Assembly (NCBI GenBank): GCA_030265395.1
Contig: JARFYF010000002.1
Coordinates: forward strand, 36,991,502-37,055,501
Source of the DNA: Rhina ancylostomus
Taxonomy: Eukaryota
DNA: 64,000 nt
Direction: 5' to 3'
Below the pieces are notes generated by a model. The model was not told the origin of the DNA and did not search any database. It saw only the letters and a list, made by a program, of their open reading frames with translations. The translations under genes and the position numbers were made by a program. Each line of letters begins with the position of its first letter. The stretch's first letter is position 1. This document shows positions 51,986 to 64,000 of this stretch, one piece after another.

Positions 51986-53224
51986 ATTTGGCTGTGCAGA
52001 GGCTATAACTGCTCCCAAAAAAGAGATCAATAGATTTCTGGATATTGAAGAGATCACAGTATCAGGAAAGGGCAGGTAAATAGTGGTTAAGGAAGAAGGT
52101 CAGTCACGATCAATGAATGACAGACTTGGCGCTTGGGACTGAATAATCCCAATCCTATTCCTATTTCTTATGTTATTATAAATGGGAAAGCTCTCTGTGC
52201 AAAGCAAGTGAGCACAAATGATACTTGTGCTGAATAATGTGTTATTGAAACTTTACCCAAGCAGTTGTTGTTTTTAAGTTGAGACTTGCCATAGACTGAT
52301 CTGTCAGCTTCCTTGAAATCAAACTGTTAGCCGATTCCATCAAAACAGCCAGGTTTGGGTGGCTTTGACTTTGGTCCAGCAAAGTGCTCACACTGTGCCC
52401 ATGAGTAGTGTAGCACGTTTAATGCGGTTCACAGGTTCCCACTTGAGAGGGAGGGTTAGGAAGGCTCTGTGATAAAGCAGTCAACTGTTTCACAGATTAA
52501 GAAAAGGTAATTTGAGCTAGTTTAGGTCAGCTTTAGATACTTTCATAATTGCTGCAATCAAAGGAGGGGAATCCAAATAATTATTATGTGTATATAACTA
52601 GGAAAAAAATAGTTTGCCTGGTATTAATTTAACAAATAAATAAATGCACATATTTATGAATTTTAGATGTCACATAGACAGTACTGTAACAGGCAGTTAT
52701 AATTCTGTGAACAGCAAAGAAATAAATTCACATACTGCTTTATTTCAAATCATATTTCAATCCTGATACCAACCATCCATCTGAAAAACCCTTATTTCCC
52801 CTTTGGGCTTATAGGGTAAATTTTATGAAGTAGTCCATTAATTTTAATGGATGAGAAATTGGCAGGCTATAAATCGAGCTGGATGGCCATATTGGAGATA
52901 TGTGCTCCAATTGCACAAAGCACCATCCCAAACCATAAAATTTACTGTGCTGCATTTTTTAAAAAAATGGAAAGCAGTTAAAGTGTACAATAACACATAA
53001 AGAATGGGTTTCAGTGATGCTTCACATATTACAACAATTTAGCTTTTACAGACACTGGCAAGTGCAACATTAGGGAATGTCCTCAGTATATGCTCATGTT
53101 TGTTATGTTAGCAGTAAGGTTGCTAACCTTCTGCCTATGCTTATCATTATGACAAGAAGGAGGCCATTCAATCCATCTGGTCCATGCCAACTCTGAGCAG
53201 AACAATCCCATTCCCCCTGTTAGA

Positions 53225-54780
53225 ACCATAGATTAATGATACAGCACAGAACCAGGCCCTTCAGACATATGTACATGCTGATCATCAAGTACCCATTTAT
53301 ATTATTCCCATTTGCGAGCACTTGGTGTGTAGCCTTCTATGTCTTAATTATACAAGTGCTCACCTGGATACTTCTTAAATGTTTTGGAAGTACCTGCATC
53401 TACACCTTATCAGGCAGTGTATTCCAGATTGCAACCACCTTCTAGGTGAAAACATTTTTCCTCAGATCCCCTATAACCTTTTTCCTCATCTTAAACCTAT
53501 GTCCTATGGTGTTAGACATCTGCCTTGTGGAAACGTTTGTCATGGTTCATCCTTTCCATATTTGTCATAGTTTTGTACATCTCTATCAGGTCCCCACTCA
53601 GCATTCTCTACTTTGTGGAAACCAAGCCCACTCTCTCCAGTCTCTCCTCATAACTGAGATGTTCCATCCCAGACAACACCCTGGTAAATCTCCTCTGCAG
53701 CCCCTCTGGTGCAATCACATGCTTTCTATAGTGTGGCATCCAAAAACTGCACACAGTAGTCCACAGAACATAGAATATTACAGCACAGTACAGGCACTTC
53801 GACGCACAATGTTGTGCTGACATTTTATCTTGCTCTAAGATCTATGTAACCCTTCCCTCCCACATAGCCCTCCATTTTTCTATCATTCATGTGGCTTTCT
53901 AAAAGTCTTTTAAATGTCCCTAATTTATCTGTGTCCACAACCTCTGCTGGCAGTGTGTTCCACGCACCCACCATTCCCTGTATTTAAATAAAAAACTTGC
54001 CTCTGACATCACCCCCTACACCTTCCTCCAACTGTACCCTAACCAGAATTTTATAAAGTCTTTCNNNNNNNNNNNNNNNNNNNNNNNNNNNNNNNNNNNN
54101 NNNNNNNNNNNNNNNNNNNNNNNNNNNNNNNNNNNNNNNNNNNNNNNNNNNNNNNNNNNNNNNNACCCTAACCAGAATTTTATAAAGTCTTTCCATGACC
54201 TCTATTAATCAGGCCATATAATATAATAGCATAAAGGCCAGCATCCCGCTTGCCTTCTTCACCATCTTTGCTACCTGTGCTGCCATCTTTAGGGATATAT
54301 GGACTTGCACAACGATGTTCCTCTGTTTCTCAGTACTCCCTAGGGGTCTACCATTCAAAGTGTGGCTCCCACTCTTATTTGACACCCCCCCCAAAGTTCA
54401 TCACCTCAGACTTATTGGGATTAAGTTCCACCTGCCATTGTTCTGCCCAACTTGCTAGCTGCTCAATATCATTCTGTGACCAAAGACTATCCTCCTCATC
54501 ATCAACAGCACCATCAATTTTTGTGTCATACCTCCTGCATTCATATCCAAAATCATTCATGAACATGATGAACAGTAAGGGACCCAGTATCAATTTTTGT
54601 GGTATATCAGTGGTCACAGGCTTCCAATCACAAAAGCAGCCCCTCCACCATCACCATCTTTCTCCTATGAGCCAGTCAACTTTGGATCCAGTTTGCCACC
54701 TTGCCTTAGATACCATGGGCCCTAACCTTTTGAACCAGCCTTCCATATGGGACCTTGTCAAAGACCTTATTTAAGTCCTA
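53225..54780 (-). mobile_element. CR1 LINE (RT to 3' end) with a younger CR1 tail nested at about 53765-54064
   Basis: Minus ORFs give PQKLILGPLL..MND..YDTKIDG, QVHISLKMAAQVAKMVKKASGMLAF and FWMPHYRKHV..LQRRFTRVL. A second tail 'agaacatagaa' appears at 53766. Confidence 0.88.
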
Positions 54781-55015
54781 TTATTTTCCTGCCCACTTAA
54801 ATTTATCNNNNNNNNNNNNNNNNNNNNNNNNNNNNNNNNNNNNNNNNNNNNNNNNNNNNNNNNNNNNNNNNNNNNNNNNNNNNNNNNNNNNNNNNNNNNN
54901 NNNNNNNNNNNNNNNNNNNNNNNNNNNNNNNNNNNNNNNNNNNNNNNNNNNNNNNNNNNNNNNNNNNNNNNNNNNNNNNNNNNNNNNNNNNNNNNNNNNN
55001 NNNNNNNNNNNNNNN

Positions 55016-55056
55016 TGCTCCAGATTTCAGCATCTGCAGTTCACTTGTGTAATCTT
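55016..55056 (+). mobile_element. PLE extreme 3' end next to a gap
   Basis: 'tgctccagatttcagcatctgcagt', compare 7203-7230. Confidence 0.55.
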
Positions 55057-55060
55057 CAAG

Positions 55061-55221
55061 TACATCTTTAGGATGTGAAAGGAAACCGGAGTGCCTGGGG
55101 GAAACTCGCATGGTTATAGGAAGAACGTGCAAACTCCGCGTAGACAGCATCTGCAAAGTCAGAGTTGAACCCAGGTCAATTATGAGGCAGCAGCACTAAC
55201 TGCTGTGACATCACTGTGCAC
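55061..55221 (-). mobile_element. V-SINE
   Basis: 'ggaaaccggagtgcctgggggaaactcgca...gaacgtgcaaactcc' is the reverse V-domain, followed by the reversed tRNA-like head. Confidence 0.8.
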
Positions 55222-58200
55222 GTGTAGTTCCTTTGCTTTAATATACCTGAAGCCTTTCCTCTGCGAGAAATAACTTTTCACCTGTTGGTTGCTTGCTTAT
55301 GTTCAAACCCCAGTCCAGAATTTTATCCAAAGATAAGATTGAGGATTGGGCTGCAGAGGCTCAAAAGCTACCAATGTACTTACCTGTAAACCTTGTCCAG
55401 AGATTGAATTATGATAACGATCATTTATGATCCAGGTCTCTTCAATTAGCTTCCTGTGAGTTTGTCTTCAGACGTTTTAAAGACCCTCTAGTTTCTGATT
55501 CCCAAAGGCTCACCTACGTTGATGGGAGGGCTATTGAGAGGGGTGCTTTAGCTTTGCTCACTGATTTAAAGGCGGTCTTCAAAGCAGAGAACTCTTCCCT
55601 TGCCACTGGGTGGGTAAACTTTTGCTCCTTTTTTAATCTGTGGTACCATGCAGTGGAATCAACTGGACAATGGTAATACCTTCTATTTGCGTTTGGTAAA
55701 AACTGCCACTGGCCATTTGAAACAAATATTCCCTTTGAATGTCAGTGCAATATTCTGAGCTCCTTTCTCCACAGAATCCCATGCTTCTGCTTCAGGTGAC
55801 TAAGCTAGTGGCCACTCTCTCTTCTTACGAGTAACTTCATAGGATGCCAAACACCCCCAGAGGCAAATTTGTTTCCAATAAATCAACAGCTCATTCTTAC
55901 CATTTGCAAACAACCCTTAAATTTGGAGAAAGTGCCAAATGTGAATTTAACCATGGTCACTGTATTCAACTGTATAAAACCCCTCGATGGTGCTTTTTAA
56001 TTCATGACCTCGACCAGCTAGCAGGACAAGGGCAGCAAAAGTATGGGAACACCACCACCTGGAAGTTGCCCTCCAAGCCACACATCATCTTGACTTGGAC
56101 GTATATCACCGTTCCTNNNNNNNNNNNNNNNNNNNNNNNNNNNNNNNNNNNNNNNNNNNNNNNNNNNNNNNNNNNNNNNNNNNNNNNNNNNNNNNNNNNN
56201 NNNNNNNNNNNNNNNNNNNNNNNNNNNNNNNNNNNNNNNNNNNNNNNNNNNNNNNNNNNNNNNNNNNNNNNNNNNNNNNNNNNNNNNNNNNNNNNNNNNN
56301 NNNNNNNNNNNNNNNNNNNNNNNNNNNNNNNNNNNNNNNNNNNNNNNNNNNNNNNNNNNNNNNNNNNNNTGATATTAGGCCTCTAAAGGTGATCAAATTT
56401 GTCAGTTTAAAGTGAAAACTCAACACCCATTGTAGTTATTTTGCAGCCAGAGAAGATGTAGAGTAGCAATGTACCTTCTTGAGGTGCTTTCATTCAAACA
56501 ATAACAGAGGACTGTTTTTCCTTTGGTTTCAGACCAACCTAGTCTCAGTCATTCAGGGAAACTAATTTAATTCCCTGCCAGAGGGCTCCATATTTTTAAA
56601 TGATTTTGTGACCCTTTTGCTTTTATCCTGAAAACACTGATAATTGTACACAGAGCAAATTTTGAACTTCTATGATGCAAGTGCAGGGGAGTGCATCCTC
56701 AGTGCTCAGGATGTGTTCTCAGGAATGAGAATGCTCATGGAATCAGTGTTAAAAGGGGTCATTATGGCATTATGTACAGAGAGAGATGTATTACTGACAG
56801 CAGTGCTGTGTTGGGAACACAATGTGAGCCCCTACCATCTATGCTGCTGTACCAGAAACCGCTCATGAATCGACCCATAAAATGCCCCATGACTTATGGT
56901 GGAGAGGCTGAAGATGGGCCAAGGCGGGTAGTGCAGTCACTCAGCACTGCAAGTAGGACTTAGGGTTGTACCCTGGCTTATACTGTGAGGGTGGGCCATT
57001 ACTGGGCAGCACTTATTCTTCCAAATCGTACCTGGGAGAGGCACAGATCACCAGCTTTTGAATGTGATGGAAGCTGCTATCTCCCCACCTCTTTCTTTGG
57101 CTGCACAGCTGGTTTGGGAAGAGTGCTGAGTTCACAGGTGGCCTATGTTATTAAGGGAACACCAACATTTGTGTCAGGATCCCAGCACAGCAACATGTAG
57201 CGTGAGCAGACATCTTTTTAAAATATAGTGGGGTTACAAACCAGTGAGCGCTTGGACTCCAAACCAAGAGCTGTAATGAATCAGCGCTCTGTAGGGTAGC
57301 CCTAAGCAGGAGTACCAGTGTAATAGGCTCGATGTGTCAAAGGGATGGTGAACCGAATAGTTTCTGAGTCCTCTCTCTGGTTCTGTAATAAGCAAGACAA
57401 AGGACAGCTCTGTTATGCAGCAATAGAACATTTTTCTTTTCACCTTGATTATAACCCCACACTCCAGCTGTTTTCCTGGTGTTGGCAGCTCTGTCACGTA
57501 CTGCAGATTTTGCAGGTTTGCAATCTGTGCTTGCCTATCAGTGGGGAAAAAAAATGTAATTGTTTGAGTGTGATGTTTATCGTAAGATAGTCTGATCTAC
57601 ATAGATACTCATGAGCTAAACAATGCCTGTATCTCTGTGGATGCCTTAATACTGTTGTTTAGTTCTAATTCAAGGAGACTGCAATTTATAAAACAACTCA
57701 AAGTGTTAATCCTGTTATATGCATTTACATTCTCTAACAGCAGGTGACCCATAAAACTGTACCTATTGGACTGCTGCTGGGATTATGTCCGGCAGTGTAA
57801 ATGCTGGGACATGGCTCAATGACACTGGTCTCCCTTTAAAATATCCTAAAATAGTGCCAATCTTAATATAGCTATTACATCATTAACATATGCATACATT
57901 CTCATTGTCCTGGAAGTCATGGTGAGACCTCGACATGTGTTTGCTTTACGCTAAATAAATGTGCTCTGTTTCAAGGAAATCACTTTGCAGCTATGTGCAG
58001 ATGTTGAGAGCTGGTGAAGAAAGACATCTGCGCTCTGGCTAGGTGCCATTTGAAGTGATGTGTGTGTATATGAAAATGTTTCATTTGTTGCAGTGAATAT
58101 GCTGATACTTGTGTGCAAATCAAAACAAATCAACAGCAGCCAATTTATATGTCTTGTACCATATGGAGGATTTTTTGCTTTCAGGCTTTTACATTTAGAA

Positions 58201-58466
58201 TAAACAGCTTTTCATGTTGGAAGGAACATTATTGGGTTATTTGTGTTTGTGTTAATGGCTCAGATTTTGCTGGCTTCCATGCAGAACTGCCAGCATATAC
58301 CCTTGTAAGTATTGGTAAAAATGGGATTCCCAGCTGAATCCAGCCATCCCAGAATACTGGCTGAACTCTGCCCATGATTTCCTGACTGTCCTCTATTACT
58401 GGGTTCTGCCTGTAAGCACACTGCTCAACATTTGTCCTGGGGTATCTATACTTGCATAAGTTTGAA

Positions 58467-59618
58467 CTTCTATTATTTTGTGGTGTGGCTGTAGAAGTAC
58501 ACTGAGCTTACAGTTTGATAGAAAGCAGTGAGCTGCCAAACCAGTTGTTCTTAAACAGAGAGCCAGTAATTGCCCACAGGAAAGCTTAGAATTAATTTGG
58601 GTAGGGTATTTGTGGCACCAGGGGAAGGTAGTTAGCTGATCTCCTCCCCTCCAATAACCCAGTGAGAGGCAGCGTGGAACATCTGCTTAGCAGTGTTAGG
58701 CAGAACTGAAAAAAAGGCCCAAATCCAGAAATAATTTGATCCTCCTGTTTTGGGTAGAAATATGAAGAAGATTTGAGCTTGCACCCTGGCAATCACACTG
58801 GTAGACCTGGTATAAAAATGTGAATGTAGGTGATATCCAGAAAGGCTCCTGTAAAACAACAGTCCATTTTAAAAAAATCACAGTGCATAATCCTGGGTCA
58901 TTAAAATGCTTGGTGACTGAGAAGGTGTAACAGAGCATATGGAACTGGTTCCTGGTGGCCTTACAATGAAGGCCCAACATTTTAATCAACTCACTCTGAA
59001 GGACTCTTAATCACCCTCTCCCCTTCCCCATGATGAACATTATTTAACATTTCAAATTCCCGATCTCATACTTCAAAACAAGCTTTGTAATGTACAAACT
59101 GAAGAGTTCATTTACTTATAGAAGTGTAAGGATAGATCTCTCAATGGCACCATGTTGGTGAATGAAACATGAAACTCAATTTACCATTCATTTAATAATG
59201 TCAGGATAATTGGCCAAAGAGTTCCATAAAGAAGTGAAATTCCATACCAAGATTTTAAATGCTTAGATTTCTCATGTTAGCTTAGTGAGAAATTAAGATT
59301 TCTTCAGAACCTAAGTCTTCTGGTTTTCCCAAATGAATCAGTTGGGTCTCCCTTTGACAGCTGTCTACCTGACTATAACTGGATTGCTTTACGTTACCTA
59401 AATGTGGGGATTAGGCCCATTATGTACAGCTCAACACACAGCCAGAGACTGCAACAAAGCTGCAAAGCATCAAGCTGTTCACATGCCACTATATTCCAAA
59501 TGAACAAACTTGAAAAGCTTATCATAGTCATCTGAACCCAATGATAGGTTGCTGCCTGCAACCACGCTGATCTTCTATTATTTTGTGGTGTGGCTGTTGA
59601 AGTACACTGAGCTTACAG
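58467..59618 (+). repeat. 47-bp direct repeat, 58467-58513 and 59572-59618 (46/47 identical)
   Basis: cttctattattttgtggtgtggctgt[a/t]gaagtacactgagcttacag occurs twice, 1105 bp apart. Confidence 0.95.
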
Positions 59619-61159
59619 GGTGAGTAGATAATGGAGGACAAAATGTTTCTGGAATGATAGGTACATGCAAACATGTTGCTGACCAAACGTGCAGCAGTAT
59701 TCTCAGATTATCTGAAAGTTTAAAAATTTAGTGGCTTTTTCCTCCACATTGACCATAGTTGCATTATATGGAATAATTCGGAATGGTGTGACATTGGATC
59801 ACATATATTTGATTGTGGTGATGTTCCGCAATCTGAAGTGAATATAGTGACAGTATACTGTGCAAAGTTATTCTGGTAACACAGCTGTGCAATTCTAATN
59901 NNNNNNNNNTTATACTGTGCAAATCCAATCATGAAGGTATTATGCCGTGTGAAGTGAATATGGTGATCTGTGATGCGAATCTGATTGCAGTAATACTAGA
60001 TCACATCTCTCACTGCACTAATATTGCATTACATCAGTTAGACCATTGTAATATTGTATTGAGACAATCAGTTTGAGATGATACACCATCTTATTTAGGT
60101 GGTTGTAACAGTTTACCACCTCAATCAATTTGTTAGGGGTATTGTATCATGTGAATGGGATTATGTTGATGTGTTCATTAACCAGGTTGTGGTGAAATTA
60201 TCTGAATTGTATGATGATGATCTAGAGAGTCCTGAGCTGGGGAGACCGGGCTTTGTGCATCAGTGAATAATGTTAATCCTCTAATAAACTGTTTGGCCTC
60301 TAATTAACCTAATCAAGTGGCCTTGTGCCTGTTTTACAATTCCACCCCTGAAAAATAAGCCCCATTTATTTCATAATGGGCCTCTGCAGATTGAAAGTAG
60401 ACTTTTGCTCTGTGATATTGGACTGGTCTGTACCATAGAATAGACCTGCTCATACCAGTTTCCTTCCCGGTCACACTCTAAGGCAGCATTGTATACTTGA
60501 ATGTGCCTTTCATCGCTAAAAGATTCCAATTATTTTCAGGAAGCTATAAAACTTTTATCTTTTAACCTGTGAGTAACTAGTGTTCAATCAATCTTGACTT
60601 CAAGAACATAACTCAGTATATGTACTCTTCAGGTGTGACTAATTCTTTGGCCTCTGTGTGTGAACACATGTGCATACTTTGCTTCTGAACATATATTGTA
60701 CATTTGGAAGTAGACTTATTTTGCAGAGATTTGATCAGGTTGAAGTAGTCAGAGTATTTTATGTGTTTCATTTCCTGTAAAGACCTATAAGAGAGTGACA
60801 ATGAAAATGAACTTCTGATGTGTTTTGATCCCATACAGTATTTCATTACAACGTTACCTAGATTAATAGTCAGTGGTACAACGTACTCACCAGTCATAAA
60901 TGACATAAATTTCCTTCTGTCTGGCCCCTGTTTCTGAAGTCAGAATTGCTGTGTATATTAGCCAGAATATACTTTAAAAAAACTGAGATGTTTTGGCTTT
61001 CGAACAAGATGAGTTTGTAATACATTTTGTATTTTTGTTACAGGCTCAGGCTAATTTTTACAACCATGACTGGTGTCACTGCAATTAGCATGGCAGAACA
61101 AATTGCAGTAATGTAAATGCAGCCCAACAAAATTCAATGCAAAGATGAGGCACCAAGTA

Positions 61160-62450
61160 ATAGTAATTTATTTTAGAACCTTGGCCAGACCACATCTGGA
61201 GGACTGTGTAGAGCTTTGAGCAACACACCACAAGGAAGAAGGTTCCATTGCAGATTTACCCTTAATTATACCAGGGCTTAAAAGGTTCAGATATAAGGAC
61301 ACGTTACATAAATCTAACTCTAACTCTCAGTCCTTTTGCACAGAACATTAAGAGTGATCTTATTGAACTGCTTAAAACTTTAAAAAAAGAAACTTTTTTA
61401 GAAAAAGAGAAACTATTTGAATTTGAAGGCAGAATACAAGGTTAATGGCAGCACTCTCAGCAGTGTGGAGGAACAGGGACCTTGGGGTCCACATCCATAG
61501 ATCCCTCAAGGTTACCGCGCAGGTCGATAGGGTTGTTAAGAAGGCGTATGGAGTGTTGGCCTTCACTAGTCGGGGGATTGAGTTCAAGAGCCGCGAGGTG
61601 ACGTTGCAGCTCTATAGAACTCTGGTCAGACCACACTTGGAGTATTGTGTTCAGTTCTGGTTGACTCATTATAGAAAGGATGTGGAAGCTTTAGAGAGGG
61701 TGCAGAGGAGATTTACCAGGATGTTGCCTGGATTGGAGAGCNNNNNNNNNNNNNNNNNNNNNNNNNNNNNNNNNNNNNNNNNNNNNNNNNNNNNNNNNNN
61801 NNNNNNNNNNNNNNNNNNNNNNNNNNNNNNNNNNNNNNNNNNNNNNNNNNNNNNNNNNNNNNNNNNNNNNNNNNNNNNNNNNNNNNNNNNNNNNNNNNNN
61901 NNNNNNNNNNNNNNNNNNNNNNNNNNNNNNNNNNNNNNNNNNNNNNNNNNNNNNNNNNNNNNNNNNNNNNNNNNNNNNNNNNNNNNNNNNNNNNNNNNNN
62001 NNNNNNNNNNNNNNNNNNNNNGGACATTTAAGAGACTCAAACACATGAATAATAGAGAAATGGCAGGGGGCTATGTGGGAGGGAAGGGTTAGATAGATCT
62101 TAGAGCAGGATAAAATGTCGGCACAGCATTGTGGCCAAAGGCCTGTACTGTGCTGTAATGTTCTATGTTCTATTGCTTCTCTTGCGGAATCAAGACCACA
62201 GGGCTATAACCTTAAAATTGTTGGCCCATTTGGGGACAAAATCAAAAAGCACCTCTCCACACAAAGATTTAGTACAAATCTAGAGTTGTATTCCTTCAGA
62301 TATGTATTGATGCTGAGGCAATTGGAATTTTCAAAAATATCAAGACGTGATATTACAAGGCACAGGCATTAGGGGCAAATCAGCAATCATCTCTGGAAAT
62401 GAAAGAGTCGGCAAAAGGAGCTGAAGGATCCACTTCTGTCTCTAATATTT
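61160..62450 (+). mobile_element. Old CR1 fragment split by a younger CR1 (about 61417-62172)
   Basis: The younger copy encodes RDLGVHIHRSLK...LYRTLVRPHLEYCVQFW...LERVQRRFTRMLPGLE and ends in a (atgttct)n tail. Degenerate CR1 sequence continues on both sides. Confidence 0.88.
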
Positions 62451-64000
62451 GCTACTTTCGTATTGACACTTGCTATCAGTTACAAGTTCTTAACTTGATG
62501 GAGATTATTTGGAAGTTTAAAGAAAGGGTTTTCAAATACCAAAAAGAGCTTGTTGTTCTTAAACTGAGTTACTTGAGTAATATATGTGAAAGACTTCCTT
62601 ACTTCTTGGCAGTTTGTTATCAGTTGATTTAAATATTTAAATTGCATATTTAAATATTTAATTTGCATTGGGCAACAACATTGCACAAATCTATCTAAAA
62701 ATTTAGCAAGTGATTTTTTTTGTAAGTTACACTTTGTCATGTTTTTAAATGGGCTAATAGCTTTTTAAAGTATAAGAGAACAGAATAATATTTGGCCATT
62801 TGACACCCGAGTATTAACTGTTCCCTATGAAATTAAAAGAAGAACAGTTTTCTGATAAGCCACTTGCCTTGGGCTTGGTTTTGCTATTGGTGGAAGACCA
62901 TGGAAGATTTTGATCAGCATACATTAGATTCCTCAGTCTGACATTTTAACATTGATGAAAGTACAATAAATGCAAATCAACCAAATTATACATTTAAAGA
63001 GATGGGGTTGAGTGCTTACAAAATCACTATCCACAGACTGTGCAAATGTATATTTTTTTGTTGTTGACTAATTTAAAAAAAACACAAAATATAACAAGGG
63101 TTTCTTCTCATATTAAAACAAATGAATAGAAATGTGCAAACTGGTGGGAAGAGAATTGGAAAGTCACCAGAATTAAGTATTTCACCACTTTCCTTACTGT
63201 TATCTTTCCCAGTAATTGGAAAATGCTGAAAATACCAAAAGTACACAAAAGGCTTCTCAGTAAATGTTACATTTTGGTTTCACTCCCTCACCAATACATT
63301 AATGAACAATTATAAACTTGAATTATGAACTCATTTTCTCTTTTTATGATGATAACTACTTTTCATTTCAGTATTTTTCATTTTTATATGCACATCCAGA
63401 ACACCTGATTTTTTTATATAAGTTAATGTTTCTTTTATTAGTTTTAAAATGTTATTGGTCATTTTCCCTGCCCTGTTCTGTGAAGAACTATAGCCATTAA
63501 TAATATCAATTAAATTTCTGTTTTCTACTATTTATATTAGAAATCATGCATTGATGACATTGATGAATGTCTGACTACTTATATCACATTCTTTGCTCTA
63601 TCTTACTGCAGTCAACAAACTGTTTTTACTCTATTAAGTAATCAAGACAGGATTTTGATACATTAGCCATATTTATTGAACTGACTTATGATCTTTTCAG
63701 GTTGAGAGTTAGACCATCTTAAATTCTCGTTATTTGGTTTTACTTTCTTATACATTTTTCTTCTTTGTGGTATGTGGTCCTGTACTGGGGATATATATAT
63801 CAATCGAAAGTTGTGGAGGAAATTCCTGCAACAGGAAGTTTCTGACCACAGGAAATATTTGCAACAGGAAATCACTGTCCACAATTGCATTACTTAATCA
63901 ATTAGCCTCTCTGATGGCAGCCCTGTTCCTAGCACTCCCTGAGTGAGTGAAGAACACTAGCTGTCGATTTGCTTTAAATTTATGAAATTGACCCCAATTG

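Noticed and set aside
54036-54193. Identical 29-mer (accctaaccagaattttataaagtctttc) on both sides of a gap
   Set aside because: It flanks a 100-N placeholder exactly, so it is most likely an unmerged contig overlap.
31651-64000. Further canonical Eph exons (second FN3, transmembrane, kinase)
   Set aside because: None found by eye. This fits the very long intron known to follow this exon in EPHA7.

Overview
Vertebrate genomic DNA, most likely an elasmobranch (shark/ray), judged from its repeats: HER1-type CR1 LINEs, HE1-like V-SINEs, DeuSINEs, Penelope-like elements (PLEs) and Rex/Babar fragments. It is a draft assembly with many N gaps. The window lies inside a large Eph receptor gene on the + strand, most likely EPHA7. 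Two coding exons are clear: 30469-30624 (Cys-rich/EGF-like, 156 nt) and 31315-31650 (first fibronectin type III repeat, 336 nt), both phase 1 and flanked by very long introns. The rest is intron filled with decayed and often nested retroelements. Main leads: (1) a stop-free Thr/Ser-rich mucin-like frame of about 307 codons (42396-43317, cut by a gap), behind a plausible splice acceptor that is in frame with the Eph FN3 exon; (2) minimal type-I hammerhead ribozyme motifs in PLE termini, one with an intact catalytic core in the sense direction and paired with its own antisense copy; (3) a 323-bp duplication bracketing a 134-bp LINE fragment and an unexplained 47-bp direct repeat; (4) clusters of PBX-HOX/MEIS motifs in repeat-free intron segments. 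All family assignments come from recognising motifs by eye, not from database searches. Repeat boundaries are approximate unless a target-site duplication (TSD) is given.
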